64,000 nucleotides of DNA from Geopsychrobacteraceae bacterium. Its GTDB lineage: Bacteria > Desulfobacterota > Desulfuromonadia > Desulfuromonadales > Geopsychrobacteraceae. The notes under the pieces were generated by a model that was not told where the DNA came from, did not search any database, and saw nothing but the letters and a program-made list of their open reading frames with translations. The translations under genes were made by a program, and so were the position numbers. The stretch lies in NCBI GenBank assembly GCA_963676795.2, contig CAXXTB010000002.1:896001-960000 (forward strand), written 5' to 3'. Of the stretch, positions 55,872 to 64,000 are shown one piece after another (the stretch's first letter is position 1; each line of letters starts with the position of its first letter).

Positions 55872-56564
55872 TTGAAACTTTTCATCAAAACACTCCTAGT
55901 TGTTTTTCTTCTCATTGCTGCCGGGCTGCTGGCCTGGCCGGTCATGTCGGAAAGATTTATAGATAAACCGCTGCTTTCAGCGAAGATACAATCTGACAAG
56001 GATTTGCGGGCAGCTGGGGATATGCTGCCGCAGGCAGAGTCGCCAGATGTTACGGATTCAGAACCTGGCTTACCCGGTAACGATCATCCGCGCATTTACC
56101 GCTGGGTTGATGAGAACGGGCGGACGGTTTATTCCGATCAGCCGAATCACGCAGATGCCCAAGCGTATACGCCTAAAGAGTTGGCCCAGCTGAAGGTGTC
56201 TGGTGTGCCGCAGCCGGTCAGACCTGTCGAGTCTGTGACTAAGACTGCACCAGCTGTTGTTGAGCGTCCTGTTCAGGTAAGAGAGGTTCCTCCTGAATTT
56301 GAGTTTTCAATGACCAGTGCCGGATGGGAGAGGGAGTATGTTGTGTTGTCGGGGAGAATTTCCGGGGGCTATGCCTGTAAACAGCTTGAGGTATGGGCTT
56401 CCGCGAAAAGCGATGCCGGTGGGCGGGTTTGGGGAATTGATGTTGTCAGCTACAACGGATTTGGTTCGACATTGTATGAAATCAGGAGAAAATCGCGCAC
56501 GAAGATAAACGGCAGGAGACCATGGTGGGAACCTCAAAGCGTTTCGGCAAGGTGTATGGATTGA
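55872..56564 (+). CDS. DUF4124 domain protein
   Basis: N-terminal TM, IYRWVDENG.TVYSDQP; GGAGG RBS before TTG. Confidence 0.8.
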   Translation: MKLFIKTLLVVFLLIAAGLLAWPVMSERFIDKPLLSAKIQSDKDLRAAGDMLPQAESPDVTDSEPGLPGNDHPRIYRWVDENGRTVYSDQPNHADAQAYTPKELAQLKVSGVPQPVRPVESVTKTAPAVVERPVQVREVPPEFEFSMTSAGWEREYVVLSGRISGGYACKQLEVWASAKSDAGGRVWGIDVVSYNGFGSTLYEIRRKSRTKINGRRPWWEPQSVSARCMD

Positions 56565-56589
56565 AAAATATCAGATTGGGAACATTTTC

Positions 56590-56840
56590 TGTGTTTTAAC
56601 TCTGTGATCTCTGCGGCTCTGCGTGAGGCTGGGTTTGATCTATTTTCGTGGTTTTCGTGCATTTCGTGGATAGTCTGAAACCTGATCTCACGCCCGTTCG
56701 CTTTGCTCTCTCGAGGCGCAGAGGGCGCTGAGGAACTCTCAATCTGTTTTTAGCCGCGGATACAGGCGGATAAGGGCGGATAGATAGCCCTTAATCTCCC
56801 AGCACTGGAAAAACTGGTATTCTCTAAGCCCTCCGTGTCT
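56590..56840. repeat. composite repeat, inverted relative to 46123-46270
   Basis: GATCTCACGCCCGTTCGCTTTGCTCTCTCGAGGCGCAGAGGGCGC...AGCCGCGGATACAGGCGGATAAGGGCGGATAG. Confidence 0.88.
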
Positions 56841-56925
56841 TTGTTTGGGATTGATTTTTAAATCATTATTCAAGAAGCTCTTTAAAAATAATCAAAATTC
56901 ATAGACCGAAATCGTTTTTCAGAAA

Positions 56926-56974
56926 AATAGGGGGCTACCTTTGGCTTTATTAAAGACAAAGGTAGCCCCCTATT
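56926..56974. repeat. perfect 18-bp inverted repeat
   Basis: AATAGGGGGCTACCTTTG-N13-CAAAGGTAGCCCCCTATT. Confidence 0.85.
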
Positions 56975-57026
56975 CTGCACTCTATATTGACAATGCTAGA
57001 AGGGATATTCGGGGTATAATAAAAAA

Positions 57027-57094
57027 TGTATAAAAAAATGAAAATTCTATACATATTTAACGGGATATGTATAATTAATTCAGTTTTTTATACA
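57027..57094. promoter_or_regulatory. two palindromic boxes upstream of fic
   Basis: TGTATA-N15-TATACA at 57027-57053 and 57068-57094. Confidence 0.55.
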
Positions 57095-57131
57095 GGTCGC
57101 CGTGGATATCTATAGAAAAGGCAAAATCTAT

Positions 57132-58211
57132 ATGCTTGTGTCTCTTGCCATGCTGCCACTTAAAAACATCGAACAGTGGGAAACCCGCGCGGTTCTAAAA
57201 AAATCGGCTGAAGCACACCGCTATCTGGCCGAGCTTAAAGGCATTGCTGCCAGCATTCCCAATGAAGCCATTCTGATCAATACCCTGGCCCTGCAGGAAG
57301 CCAAAGACAGTTCCGAGATTGAGAATATCGTCACCACCCATGACGAGCTTTACAAGGCCAACCTCTTTGAAGAGGCCCTGACCAACCCGGCCACCAAGGA
57401 GGTGCAGGATTACGCCTTTGCCTTAAAGCAGGCCTTTGCCACCGTGCGACAGACAAAACTGATTCGTTTGAGCGATATTCTCACCGTTCAGCAACATCTG
57501 GAGCATAATAGCGCCGGTCTGCGCCGTTTGCCCGGTACCGATCTGAAAAACGCCCGCACCGGACAGGTGGTTTACACTCCGCCTCAGCACCCGGAAGAGA
57601 TTGCTGCGCTGATGGAGAATCTGGTCAGCTACATCAATGACGATTCCCTCTGCGATGCCGACCCCCTAGTCAAAATGGCTATCATCCATCATCAGTTTGA
57701 AAGCATTCACCCTTTTTACGACGGCAACGGTCGCACCGGGCGCATTCTCAATATCCTCTATCTGGTTGCCAAAGATCTGCTCAATCTGCCGGTGCTCTAC
57801 TTAAGCCGCTATATCATCGAGCATAAGTCCGATTACTATGCCCATCTGCAGCAGGTCCGCGAGAATGGTGATTGGGAGCCATGGCTGATCTACATGCTCG
57901 ACGGCATCAGCGCGACGGCGCAGAATACCATCTCCCTGGTCAGTCAGATGAAGATTCTGATGAAGGATGTTAAACAGCGCATGCGCACCCAGCTGCCCAA
58001 GATCTACCGTCAGGATCTGCTCAATAACCTTTTCAATTACCCGTACACCAAGATCGATTTTCTGGTCGAAGAGTTGGGCGTTACCCGCATCACCGCCACT
58101 AAATATCTGGAACAGCTTGTTGAGCTGGGCTTTCTGCAGAAACAGAAGGTTGGCCGCGCCAATTACTATATCAATGAACCCCTGTGTGCTCTGCTGTTGG
58201 CGCATTCCTGA
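57132..58211 (+). CDS. Fic family protein with C-terminal wHTH
   Basis: HPFYDGNGRTGR catalytic motif; EAKDSSEIENI (S..IE.-type inhibitory helix). Confidence 0.93.
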   Translation: MLVSLAMLPLKNIEQWETRAVLKKSAEAHRYLAELKGIAASIPNEAILINTLALQEAKDSSEIENIVTTHDELYKANLFEEALTNPATKEVQDYAFALKQAFATVRQTKLIRLSDILTVQQHLEHNSAGLRRLPGTDLKNARTGQVVYTPPQHPEEIAALMENLVSYINDDSLCDADPLVKMAIIHHQFESIHPFYDGNGRTGRILNILYLVAKDLLNLPVLYLSRYIIEHKSDYYAHLQQVRENGDWEPWLIYMLDGISATAQNTISLVSQMKILMKDVKQRMRTQLPKIYRQDLLNNLFNYPYTKIDFLVEELGVTRITATKYLEQLVELGFLQKQKVGRANYYINEPLCALLLAHS

Positions 58212-58230
58212 TGAAAGCTGGAATGGCTAA

Positions 58231-58477
58231 TCGGGGTTGGACCAAGGGAAGGCATTGTAATCACGTATGAATCTTTTTTTTTGACGGTTTTTTCTATCTT
58301 AGCAGCCTGAATTTGCGGGTGAAGTGATATGTAAAAAATAATTCTCAATCTGCTTGTCGGGTCGGACCAGGGGAAGGCATTGTAATCACGTATGAATCTC
58401 TTTTTTGGGAAGGTTTTTTCTATCTTAGAAGCCTGTTTTTGAGGGTGAAATGATCTGTGAAAATAACTCAAAATCTG
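58231..58477. repeat. tandem duplication of about 120 bp
   Basis: GGGT(T/C)GGACCA(A/G)GGGAAGGCATTGTAATCACGTATGAATCT... at about 58231 and 58358. Confidence 0.85.
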
Positions 58478-59030
58478 TTTTTAGCCGCGGATACAGGCGG
58501 ATAATGGCGGATGGAAAGCCCTCAATCTTTTGTCACAGACTCACATACAGACAAGGGTGGACTTAAGGGTAACGACAGAAACTCTACTTTCAGCAGGCTC
58601 TGAGCGAGGCTGGGTTTGATCTATTTCCGTGGACAGCCTAGGTTTGATCTCACGCCCGTTCGCTTTGCTCTCTCGAGGCGCAGAGGGCGCTGAGGAACTC
58701 TCAATCTGTTTTTTGCCGCGGATACAAGCGGATAAGGGCGGATAGAAAGACCTCAATCTTTCATCACTGGAAAACTGGTTTTCTCTGTGTTCTCCGCGTC
58801 TCTGCGCGAGGCTGGTTTTGATTTTTTCCGTGGACAGTTTAAAACCTGATCTCACGCCCGTTCACTTTGCTCACTCGAGGCGCAGAGGGCGCTGAGGAAA
58901 ACCTTAATCTGTTTTTTGCCGCGGATACAAGCGGATAAGGGCGGATGGAAAAACCTCAATCTTTTGCCACAGACCCACACAGACAAGGGCAAACTGAAAG
59001 GTAACGGCAGAAACGCAACTTTAAGCGATG
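58478..59030. repeat. tandem composite repeats, about 200-bp period
   Basis: TCTCACGCCCG at 58648 and 58850; CCGCGGATACA.GCGGATAA.GGCGGAT three times. Confidence 0.9.
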
Positions 59031-59185
59031 GGTTACTATAATCAAATTCGGCCTCACACATGGAATGGTGGCCTGTCTTCTGTCGCTGCCGAAGAAAAAC
59101 TTAAATCCGTGATCGAAGTTAGTTGACCTCTACGCACTATTAGTTGCATAGATTGCCAGTCACGTTCCTTGTGGAGAAGAACGCC

Positions 59186-59404
59186 ATGGAGATTAATCTC
59201 AATCAACTGGAGAACCTGATTCTCCATCAGTCCTATAAGATCGACAAGGCCGTTGCCGGAACCGGTTACCTGCCCAGAACCGTGATCGGTGTCGCAACTT
59301 TTCTGCTCGATAATCAGGGGAATTTCGATCTGCTGACCGCGAAGCAACAGGTCACCTTCCGGCGCTTTCTGCAGCCACTGCTTGAAACAGATGCTGATGA
59401 GTGA
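59186..59404 (+). CDS. small hypothetical protein
   Basis: 72-aa ORF with GGAG RBS and host-like codon usage, lying between repeat clusters. Confidence 0.65.
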   Translation: MEINLNQLENLILHQSYKIDKAVAGTGYLPRTVIGVATFLLDNQGNFDLLTAKQQVTFRRFLQPLLETDADE

Positions 59405-59424
59405 CGGTTAAGCGGGTGGGTGGA

Positions 59425-59650
59425 ACTTTTTTAGCCGCAGATGCACGCGGATAAGGGCGGATAGAAAGACCTCAATCTTCGTCCACAGACCCACGCCGAC
59501 AAAGGCTGGTTTTCTCTGTGTCCTCCGCGCCTCTGCGCGAGGCTGGGTTTGTTGTCTTTCTGTGACTTCCGTGTTTTCCGTGGAGAGCTTAAAACCTGAT
59601 CTCACGACTATTCGCTATGCTCTCTTAAGGCGCAGAGGGCGCTCAATCTT
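59425..59650. repeat. composite repeat (degenerate copy)
   Basis: AGCCGCAGATGCACGCGGATAAGGGCGGATAG, CCACAGACCCAC, AAAACCTGATCTCACG. Confidence 0.85.
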
Positions 59651-59661
59651 GGCTAAGAATC

Positions 59662-60168
59662 TTACCAATCCTCCGGATAGTCAACGGCGGTCGCAGGGTC
59701 GTTGTAGATCAGCACCGCCTGCTCATCGCGCTCCATCACCTTGAGCGCCGTATCCACGGGAATCAGGACCAGCTTGCTCTGATGACGTGCCAGGGCAATC
59801 TTTCCCGCTTCGAGCTTGTCGGCAATCTCTTTAGTCGTATAGAAGCGCTTGATCCGTTTGGCCTCAACATAGCTGTAGGCTTCATCCCCCTCTGCAAGGG
59901 GCTGATGGTTGTTGGCAATCAGCTGCTTTGCTGCCGCCTGCTCTTCTTTCCGTTTCTCCTGCTGCTGACGTTCGATATTGCGCTGCCGATCAGCAGCGGA
60001 CTGCTCTTCACGCTGTTTTTGCAAACGTGCTTTGGCTTCGGCATCAGCATTGACGCTCTGGCCCTTTTGGTTCTGTTTCTTCTCCATACGTTTATCGTGG
60101 GCGGCTTTTTTTGCCTGCTTTTTATTAATCACACCTGCTTTCAGCAGCTGATCCTGTAATGATCCCAT
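59662..60168 (-). CDS. DUF2058 (YaiL-like) family protein
   Basis: SLQDQLLKAG N-terminus, charged helix, D..Y.Y....IK, C-terminal DYPEDW. Confidence 0.88.
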   Translation of the reverse strand: MGSLQDQLLKAGVINKKQAKKAAHDKRMEKKQNQKGQSVNADAEAKARLQKQREEQSAADRQRNIERQQQEKRKEEQAAAKQLIANNHQPLAEGDEAYSYVEAKRIKRFYTTKEIADKLEAGKIALARHQSKLVLIPVDTALKVMERDEQAVLIYNDPATAVDYPEDW

Positions 60169-60284
60169 AGTTTACTCCGCTTGTTTGGTTGAAGTGACGG
60201 GAGAATAGACCATTTTTTCGCTGGTGAAAACCGTTAACGGGAATCGGGCTAGGCGGGGTCGGATCAAGAGACGCTGCGGAGAAG

Positions 60285-60435
60285 ATCTCAATCTTTTTTT
60301 AGCCGCAGATTCAGGCGGATAAAAAGCCCACAATCTTTTGCCACAGACCTACACCGAAAAAAGTTGGTTTCCTCTGTGTCCTCTGCGGCTCTGCGTGAGA
60401 TATTTTTTGATCTGTTTTCGGTCTCTTCGTGGACC
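60285..60435. repeat. composite repeat (truncated copy)
   Basis: AGCCGCAGATTCAGGCGGAT, GCCACAGACCTACAC, CTCTGTGTCCTCTGCGGCTCTGCGTGAG. Confidence 0.8.
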
Positions 60436-60484
60436 ATGAATTTCTTTAGTGAGACTAGATTTTTGGATGTGCCCGAACTGTTTT

Positions 60485-60544
60485 AGACAAAGAAAAAGCC
60501 CCTGACGAATCAGAGGCTGTTTTCTTTAAGTGGTACCGAAGGCC
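60485..60544 (-). repeat. 60-bp direct repeat of the tRNA-Leu 3' end plus downstream hairpin (att-like)
   Basis: Identical to 61797-61856. Confidence 0.92.
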
Positions 60545-60648
60545 TGAATCTAACAGCTCTTTTAAGTGTCTGAAAAATATAATATCTGTTTTTGGCTATT
60601 CGCATGAGTCCCCCAACAGGTCCCCTTATATTTCCAGGCTGTAGCTGG

Positions 60649-61074
60649 TTATGAGTCGATTGGGCTTAATTTCTTGACAACTGACAGAACCGCTTCAGCA
60701 GCCTGGATCAGGTCCAGAACAAGGCGTTCGCTGATATCCAGAAAACCTTCGTACTCTCCTCGATTTCTCAGGTTGTGGCAGTGTGCCAGCACTCGCCAAA
60801 CTTCAGGTCCAACCTGGACCGTATGTTCCAGACACTGAAAAACAATATAGCGGTTTTCTGAACGGTAACCATACCAGCGTAATGCCGCCAGAGAGATTGC
60901 ATGAGCAGCATTGTAGGCCAAATCAAAGCGGCTTTCCAGCGACAGGTCGGTATTGTGGGAATCCTTGAGCCTCGTTTGCCCAGATTTCAGCAGACCGTCA
61001 AATTCTCCCTGATCACCAGGTTCGATTTTGAGCTGGTTGATTTTGACGAGGTTTTCAAATTGCTGCAATGTCAC
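60649..61074 (-). CDS. HEPN-like protein
   Basis: SRFDLAYNAAH..LAALR..GYR, H.LRN..EYEG; overlaps the upstream nucleotidyltransferase gene. Confidence 0.7.
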   Translation of the reverse strand: MTLQQFENLVKINQLKIEPGDQGEFDGLLKSGQTRLKDSHNTDLSLESRFDLAYNAAHAISLAALRWYGYRSENRYIVFQCLEHTVQVGPEVWRVLAHCHNLRNRGEYEGFLDISERLVLDLIQAAEAVLSVVKKLSPIDS

Positions 61075-61663
61075 TATCTGATCCGATCAGGAAAATTTTG
61101 GGTTGCTCAATAACCCTGGTAATAAAGCTATTACTGGAGCTTAGTTTGTTTTTGAGTTCTTGACCAGTGTATATTGTTGGATTGATCTGTCTCCCTAGTT
61201 GTGTTTCAAGCTCTGAAAAAACAGTAAGAAGATCAGGGTAGGTCACTTGGTCTGAGATGAGCATGATGTCTATGTCGCTGCTAGGTGACTCAGTTCCCTT
61301 GGCGATTGATCCGTAGATAAATGCAACTGAAATGACATCATTGTATTGAGCCAACGCATGACGTAACGGGTCTGCTAAACCGAAAGTTTTGCGGACAATT
61401 GCTTTGAGCTCTTCAAAGATAGGTGATGCTGGGTTTGCTTGAAAATGTTTTTGGTTGCCGATCTTGGTGATCGTTAAAAGACCTGCCGCAGAGAGCTTTT
61501 CAAGTTCTCGCAACACAGTTCCTGTCCCAATTCCTGCCAATGCGACAAGCTCTTTTGTGTAAAAGGACTTTTCCGTTTGTCCAAATAGCAGACGCAAGAG
61601 TTGTTGTTGGGTCTTTGTGAATAGGGCGTCAGCCCAATTTGCATTTTTAATTTCTGATCCCAT
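61055..61663 (-). CDS. HTH + minimal nucleotidyltransferase (MNT) protein
   Basis: N-terminal wHTH, YGSIAKG...SDIDI; probably leaderless from 61663 (alternative start 61684). Confidence 0.88.
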   Translation of the reverse strand: MGSEIKNANWADALFTKTQQQLLRLLFGQTEKSFYTKELVALAGIGTGTVLRELEKLSAAGLLTITKIGNQKHFQANPASPIFEELKAIVRKTFGLADPLRHALAQYNDVISVAFIYGSIAKGTESPSSDIDIMLISDQVTYPDLLTVFSELETQLGRQINPTIYTGQELKNKLSSSNSFITRVIEQPKIFLIGSDSDIAAI

Positions 61664-61699
61664 AATGGGAACTATAGTACCCATTATGGGTAAAATCAA
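61659..61699 (-). promoter_or_regulatory. sigma70-type promoter overlapped by two palindromic operators
   Basis: Minus strand TTGATT-N17-TATAGT, 7 nt before ATG; CCCATAATGGG / CCCATTATGGG boxes. Confidence 0.7.
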
Positions 61700-61800
61700 G
61701 ACTGGTTTCTGATTTACTCCAGAAAAAGCTATCAAAACTGGCTGTACTCCAACGATTTTCAGGAAAGGATTTTGCTGGATGCTGTTGGACGGGAAAAGAC

Positions 61801-61839
61801 AAAGAAAAAGCCCCTGACGAATCAGAGGCTGTTTTCTTT
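61801..61839 (-). terminator. hairpin terminator downstream of tRNA-Leu
   Basis: AGCCCCTGA-CGAA-TCAGAGGCT flanked by A- and T-tracts. Confidence 0.7.
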
Positions 61840-61842
61840 AAG

Positions 61843-61927
61843 TGGTACCGAAGGCCGGAGTCGAACCGGCACGCCGCGAGGCAACGGTGTTTGAGACCGT
61901 CGTGTCTACCAATTCCACCACTTCGGC
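61843..61927 (-). tRNA. tRNA-Leu (CAA)
   Basis: GCCGAAGTGGTGGAATTGGTAGAC...ACGGT-CTCAAAC-ACCGT, long variable arm, GGTTCGACTCC, ...GGTACCA; 85 nt. Confidence 0.97.
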
Positions 61928-61994
61928 ACGTGAGGGCTGATTATAGTTGTGGCGCTGTTTTTGTCAACCCAGTAATCATCCTCTGTTCATTTTA

Positions 61995-62360
61995 TTACGC
62001 TATTTCTGATTTTACTGTTTCCGAACAGCAGGACTCCTCTCCAAGGTAGTCTTTGCCCCACTGACACATCAGTTCAAGAATCGGCACCGTGCTGCGTCCC
62101 AGGTCGGTCAGGGAGTATTCGACCCGGGGGGGAACCTCGGCGTAGACGTGACGATGAATCAGACCGTTGCTTTCCAGCTCGCGCAGCTGCTGGGTGAGCA
62201 TCTTCTGGGTGACCTTGCCCAGGCGTCTCTGCAACTGGCTGAAACGCAGGGTCTTGAAATTCAAGTGCCAGAGGATCAGCGATTTCCATTTGCCGCCGAT
62301 GATCTCCAGGGTGACTGCGACGGTGCAGCGATAGGTGCTTTGACTGTGATCGGTGCTCAT
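61995..62360 (-). CDS. HxlR family wHTH regulator
   Basis: C.V..TL.IIGGKWK, RFS.L, KMLTQQLRELE, VPPRVEYSLT. Confidence 0.95.
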   Translation of the reverse strand: MSTDHSQSTYRCTVAVTLEIIGGKWKSLILWHLNFKTLRFSQLQRRLGKVTQKMLTQQLRELESNGLIHRHVYAEVPPRVEYSLTDLGRSTVPILELMCQWGKDYLGEESCCSETVKSEIA

Positions 62361-62488
62361 GTTCTCTCCAATGGTTTCCAAAAGGAAACTACCATACAAA
62401 AAAGTGCGTACTTGTTATATGGATCGCAGTTGATTATGTTTATAAGCGACGTTGCTGTCTACCTCAAAATTTATCAGGAGCAAGACTC

Positions 62489-63481
62489 ATGGAATCATTC
62501 AAGGCGCTGCTTGTTGAGCAGCCTGAAGCTAAACAATTCACCCGTTCAATCGTCTGCCGTACACTTGCCGATCTTCCGCAAGGGGATCTGGTTGTCAGGG
62601 TTCAGTATTCATCGCTCAATTTCAAGGATGCCCTTTCTGCAACCGGCAATCCGGGGGTGACCAGGAACTTTCCGCATACGCCGGGGATCGACGCTGCGGG
62701 AACCGTGATCTCCTGTGACAACGACAGTTTCAGACCGGGGGATGAGGTGATCGTCACCAGCTATGATCTGGGGATGAACACCGACGGCGGATTTTCCCAG
62801 GTTATCCGCGTTCCGTCAGCCTGGGCGCTCAAACTGCCTGCGGGATTAAGCCTCAAGGAGAGCATGATGTACGGCACGGCAGGGTTGACCGCCGCGCTGT
62901 CAGTCCGTGAAGTGGTTGAGAGCGCTGTGACCCCGGATGCCGGACCGGTGGCTGTGACCGGTGCGACAGGGGGTGTCGGCAGTCTGGCTGTGGCGATCCT
63001 GGCGAAACTCGGTTACCAGGTGACGGCGGTCACCGGCAAGTTGAGTGAAGAAGCCTACCTGAAAGGGCTTGGAGCCTGTGCGGTCATGACGCGTGAAGAT
63101 TTCGTCAAAGGCGAAGAACGCCCCCTGATGAAACCGGTCTGGGCTGCGGTTGTCGATTGCGCCGGTGGTCAGATGCTTGCGGCAGCGCTCAAGGCGACGA
63201 AGTATGATGGGGTTGTCACCAGCTGCGGACTGGTTGACTCGGCTGAGCTGAACATCAACGTCTTCCCTTTTATCTTGCGCGGGGTCAGGCTGATCGGCAT
63301 CGATTCTGCCGAGTGTTCGATGGCAAAGCGCCTGAACGTCTGGAACAAGCTGGCCACAGAATGGAAGCTGGATGATCTGGAACAGCGGACAGACGAAGTG
63401 ATACTGGAACAACTGGAAGAGAAGATCGGTCTGATCCTCAAAGGGCAACTGAAGCGTCGGGTTCTGGTCAACCTGCAATAA
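62489..63481 (+). CDS. YhdH/YhfP (AcuI-like) NADPH oxidoreductase, MDR family
   Basis: YSSLNFKDAL, PGIDAAG, GTAGLTAAL, VTGATGGVGS, PFILRGV.LIGIDS. Confidence 0.93.
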   Translation: MESFKALLVEQPEAKQFTRSIVCRTLADLPQGDLVVRVQYSSLNFKDALSATGNPGVTRNFPHTPGIDAAGTVISCDNDSFRPGDEVIVTSYDLGMNTDGGFSQVIRVPSAWALKLPAGLSLKESMMYGTAGLTAALSVREVVESAVTPDAGPVAVTGATGGVGSLAVAILAKLGYQVTAVTGKLSEEAYLKGLGACAVMTREDFVKGEERPLMKPVWAAVVDCAGGQMLAAALKATKYDGVVTSCGLVDSAELNINVFPFILRGVRLIGIDSAECSMAKRLNVWNKLATEWKLDDLEQRTDEVILEQLEEKIGLILKGQLKRRVLVNLQ

Positions 63482-63539
63482 CAGCTATGCCGTTGTGGCG
63501 GGCCGGTTTATCGGCTCGCCATGCTTGTTTCATATCTTC

Positions 63540-63735
63540 AAGCGGGGTACCGGCGTTACGATTGCGCGAATCGTGGCGCGTAGCGACGCGTCTAAGCGTG
63601 TAGAGAATAGCAGCCCAAAAGCTATGCAGAGCACCGCGAACAATTTTCTCCAGTGATTTCAAAAGCTTTCTTTTGGTTCCATTTTCTTTGTCGCCACAAA
63701 GAAAATGAGCCCGGCTGGCGGGCCGGGACCCGCCG
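63540..63735. repeat. second copy of the structured element at 30617-30814
   Basis: GCGCGAATCG.GGCGCGTAGCG, AGAGAATAGCAGC, CAGTGATTTCAAAA, CACAAAGAAAATGA.CCCGGCTGGCGGGCCGGGACCCGCCG. Confidence 0.88.
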
Positions 63736-63771
63736 ATTATTGCTATATCGAACAGAACTTGCCGGATTTGC

Positions 63772-64000
63772 TCAGGCTGTTTCCGGCCTCCTGGCCACCA
63801 GGCCGACCAGCGTCCCACCCTTCTTGGACGTCTCGACACCTTCTTCGTAACGCAGAATCTGCCAGTCTTTGAATGTCTCGAGCAATTCTTCCCGCTTGAG
63901 GACCATCTGCGGCTCAAGGCAACAGGGTTCGTCGATAATGACCTCACTGAAGGTACGCATGATCAGCAGCCCGCCCGGTTTGACCAGCTCTTTGAGCTGT
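63772..64000 (-). CDS. probable class I SAM-dependent methyltransferase, C-terminal part (5' end outside window)
   Basis: Frame open to the window edge: LVKPGGLLIM.TF...L..EELL..F..W.IL.YEE. Confidence 0.65.
   Translation of the reverse strand, partial: QLKELVKPGGLLIMRTFSEVIIDEPCCLEPQMVLKREELLETFKDWQILRYEEGVETSKKGGTLVGLVARRPETA

Larger units (their letters stand above)
60545..61796. mobile_element. integrase-less mini-island at tRNA-Leu carrying an MNT-HEPN-like pair
   Basis: Bounded by 60-bp direct repeats containing the tRNA 3' end; AT-rich. Confidence 0.75.

Noticed and set aside
56987..57020. Consensus sigma70 promoter TTGACA...TATAAT for fic
   Set aside because: Spacer is 22 bp, too long for the two hexamers to act together
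46939..61856. Whole defence region as one tRNA-Leu-integrated island
   Set aside because: The only duplicated tRNA end I found is at 60485-60544, so the att-like pair encloses just the MNT-HEPN genes

Overview
Chromosomal window from a GC-rich bacterium; the gene set suggests a deltaproteobacterium, Desulfuromonadales-like (inference). The first 43 kb holds mostly ordinary genes: transporters, c-di-GMP and c-di-AMP signalling proteins, a MoxR/vWA (Bat-type) operon, a MarR-ABC-ABC-MATE efflux operon and hydrolases. It also holds a SWIM-SNF2 helicase gene broken by an apparent internal deletion, and an intact group II intron (9743-11743) inserted inside an intergenic repeat whose sequence matches the intron's EBS1. 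From about 43.5 to 60.4 kb is an accessory/defence region: an M15 peptidase plus secreted partner, vapBC, methyltransferase, SBD-like HNH, Mrr-like nuclease, a PHP-ATPase ending in a degenerate attC, MazG plus a nuclease-DUF2075 helicase-S24 fusion, DUF4124 and Fic. No integrase or transposase is present. The cargo modules are separated by modular non-coding repeats, and one 23-bp motif is strictly polarised: five copies face one way left of the core and four face the opposite way right of it. GGGG-tagged inverted repeats mark the internal gene-module boundaries. A 1.3-kb integrase-less MNT-HEPN mini-island sits between 60-bp direct repeats at tRNA-Leu(CAA). All family assignments come from motif recognition by eye; no searches were run.
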